Below the pieces are notes generated by a model. That model was given only the letters and a program-made list of their open reading frames with translations, had not been told where the DNA came from and did no database searches. A stretch of DNA of 64,000 nucleotides from Phoronis australis (Eukaryota; Animalia; Phoronida): positions 1 through 64,000 of the forward strand of contig NMRA01000464.1 of NCBI GenBank assembly GCA_002633005.1, written 5' to 3'. The first letter of the stretch is position 1. Each line of letters opens with the position of its first letter. The translations under genes were made by a program, and so were the position numbers. Shown here piece after piece: positions 63,135 through 64,000 of the stretch.

Positions 63135-63930
63135 CTCATGGATCTGACCACTGTTGGGCTCCTAGTGGCAATCTTATTTGCCTCTGTCTTTGAAGTTTGA
63201 CGGATTTTCACAATATTGGGCAAATAAGTATCTATTAAGAAGATAGCAATACCTTTCTGTTCTCGGATGTATTTGATGCATATTACACCATATAGTGGCC
63301 ATTTTTATTGCTTCTGAATACACCTCTCTATCTGCCAAACCATATACTTTGTCAGTTGTGTTCCTACTAAGAAGACCGGGGTTAATGTTAACTTTTGGAC
63401 GGTTCTGGCTATTGTGCCGCCCCCTAGTGGCTGTTCCTACTACACACTTTTGCGGGATCTTTGTTAAAACTTGCAAATGTATTTCTGTAATGGTGATGAG
63501 TCAGATGGATCTGAGAATCACTGTGCCCTGTAGTTACAATTGCACTTTTTCCTTTTTCCTCTGCATGTTTGGAGTTCCTTGACAGATTTTTGTAAAATTT
63601 GGCAAATAGGTTTCTATTAATGAGACGATGAAACTTCTATTTACGAATGGATTATATGCCACCTAGTAGCCATGTTTATTACTTTCAAGTTTGGTTTTTG
63701 GTGTCTGCCATTCTGTGGAAAAATTGTAATGTGTGCTGCTACTGAAAAAGAAGAGTAAATGATTTTCAGATGGGTCCGACTACTCTAGCCCCTAATAGTG
63801 GCAATTTTGTGTTTTGCCTGTGGTAACTAAGTTCCTTAATTGATTTTCATGTTATTTGGTATTGAGAAGAGTACCACTGTCAGGGATTTTGGGACAAGTC
63901 TGACTACTGTACAGTCCCCTAGTGGCAATT
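63135..63930 (+). repeat. Diverged tandem array (~125-130-bp period) with recurring g(c)cccctagtggc motif
   Basis: The motif occurs at 63158, 63419, 63788 and 63914, usually preceded by gatgg(a/g)tc(t/c)gac.actg-like sequence. Confidence 0.55.
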
Positions 63931-64000
63931 GTGTTTGTTCTTTGTTTTTGCGTTGGCATCTACAAAGATCCTTGATGGATTGTTCAAACAAGTTACTATT

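Overview
This is AT-rich, intron-containing DNA from a bilaterian invertebrate; the phylum cannot be fixed from sequence alone. It has one assembly gap (9319-10130). Three host genes are supported. The first is a complete 4-exon CRIP1-type single-LIM gene (+, 15818-27025). The second is a class A peptide-receptor-like GPCR with one coding exon and a probable signal peptide (-, 31051-32385). The third is the first four coding exons of the nucleotide-sugar/ATP transporter SLC35B1 (+, from 54134, running off the window). The rest is transposon debris. It includes three TTAA-flanked copies of a non-autonomous Kolobok-like element, two of which keep fused, convergent THAP and KolX-like gene starts. 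It also holds two MITE families with CATG ends and 5-bp TSDs, a 27-bp micro-element with an 8-bp TSD, and a spliced THAP relic spanning the gap. Penelope, LINE, L1/Tx1 and Academ-like relics, tRNA-derived SINEs and several long fold-backs are present too. Two fold-backs carry minimal hammerhead ribozyme cores, and one of these is fused to a Pol III tRNA-like head (a retrozyme/SINE-like chimera), which is the most unusual item. All family assignments come from motif recognition by eye; no database searches were run.
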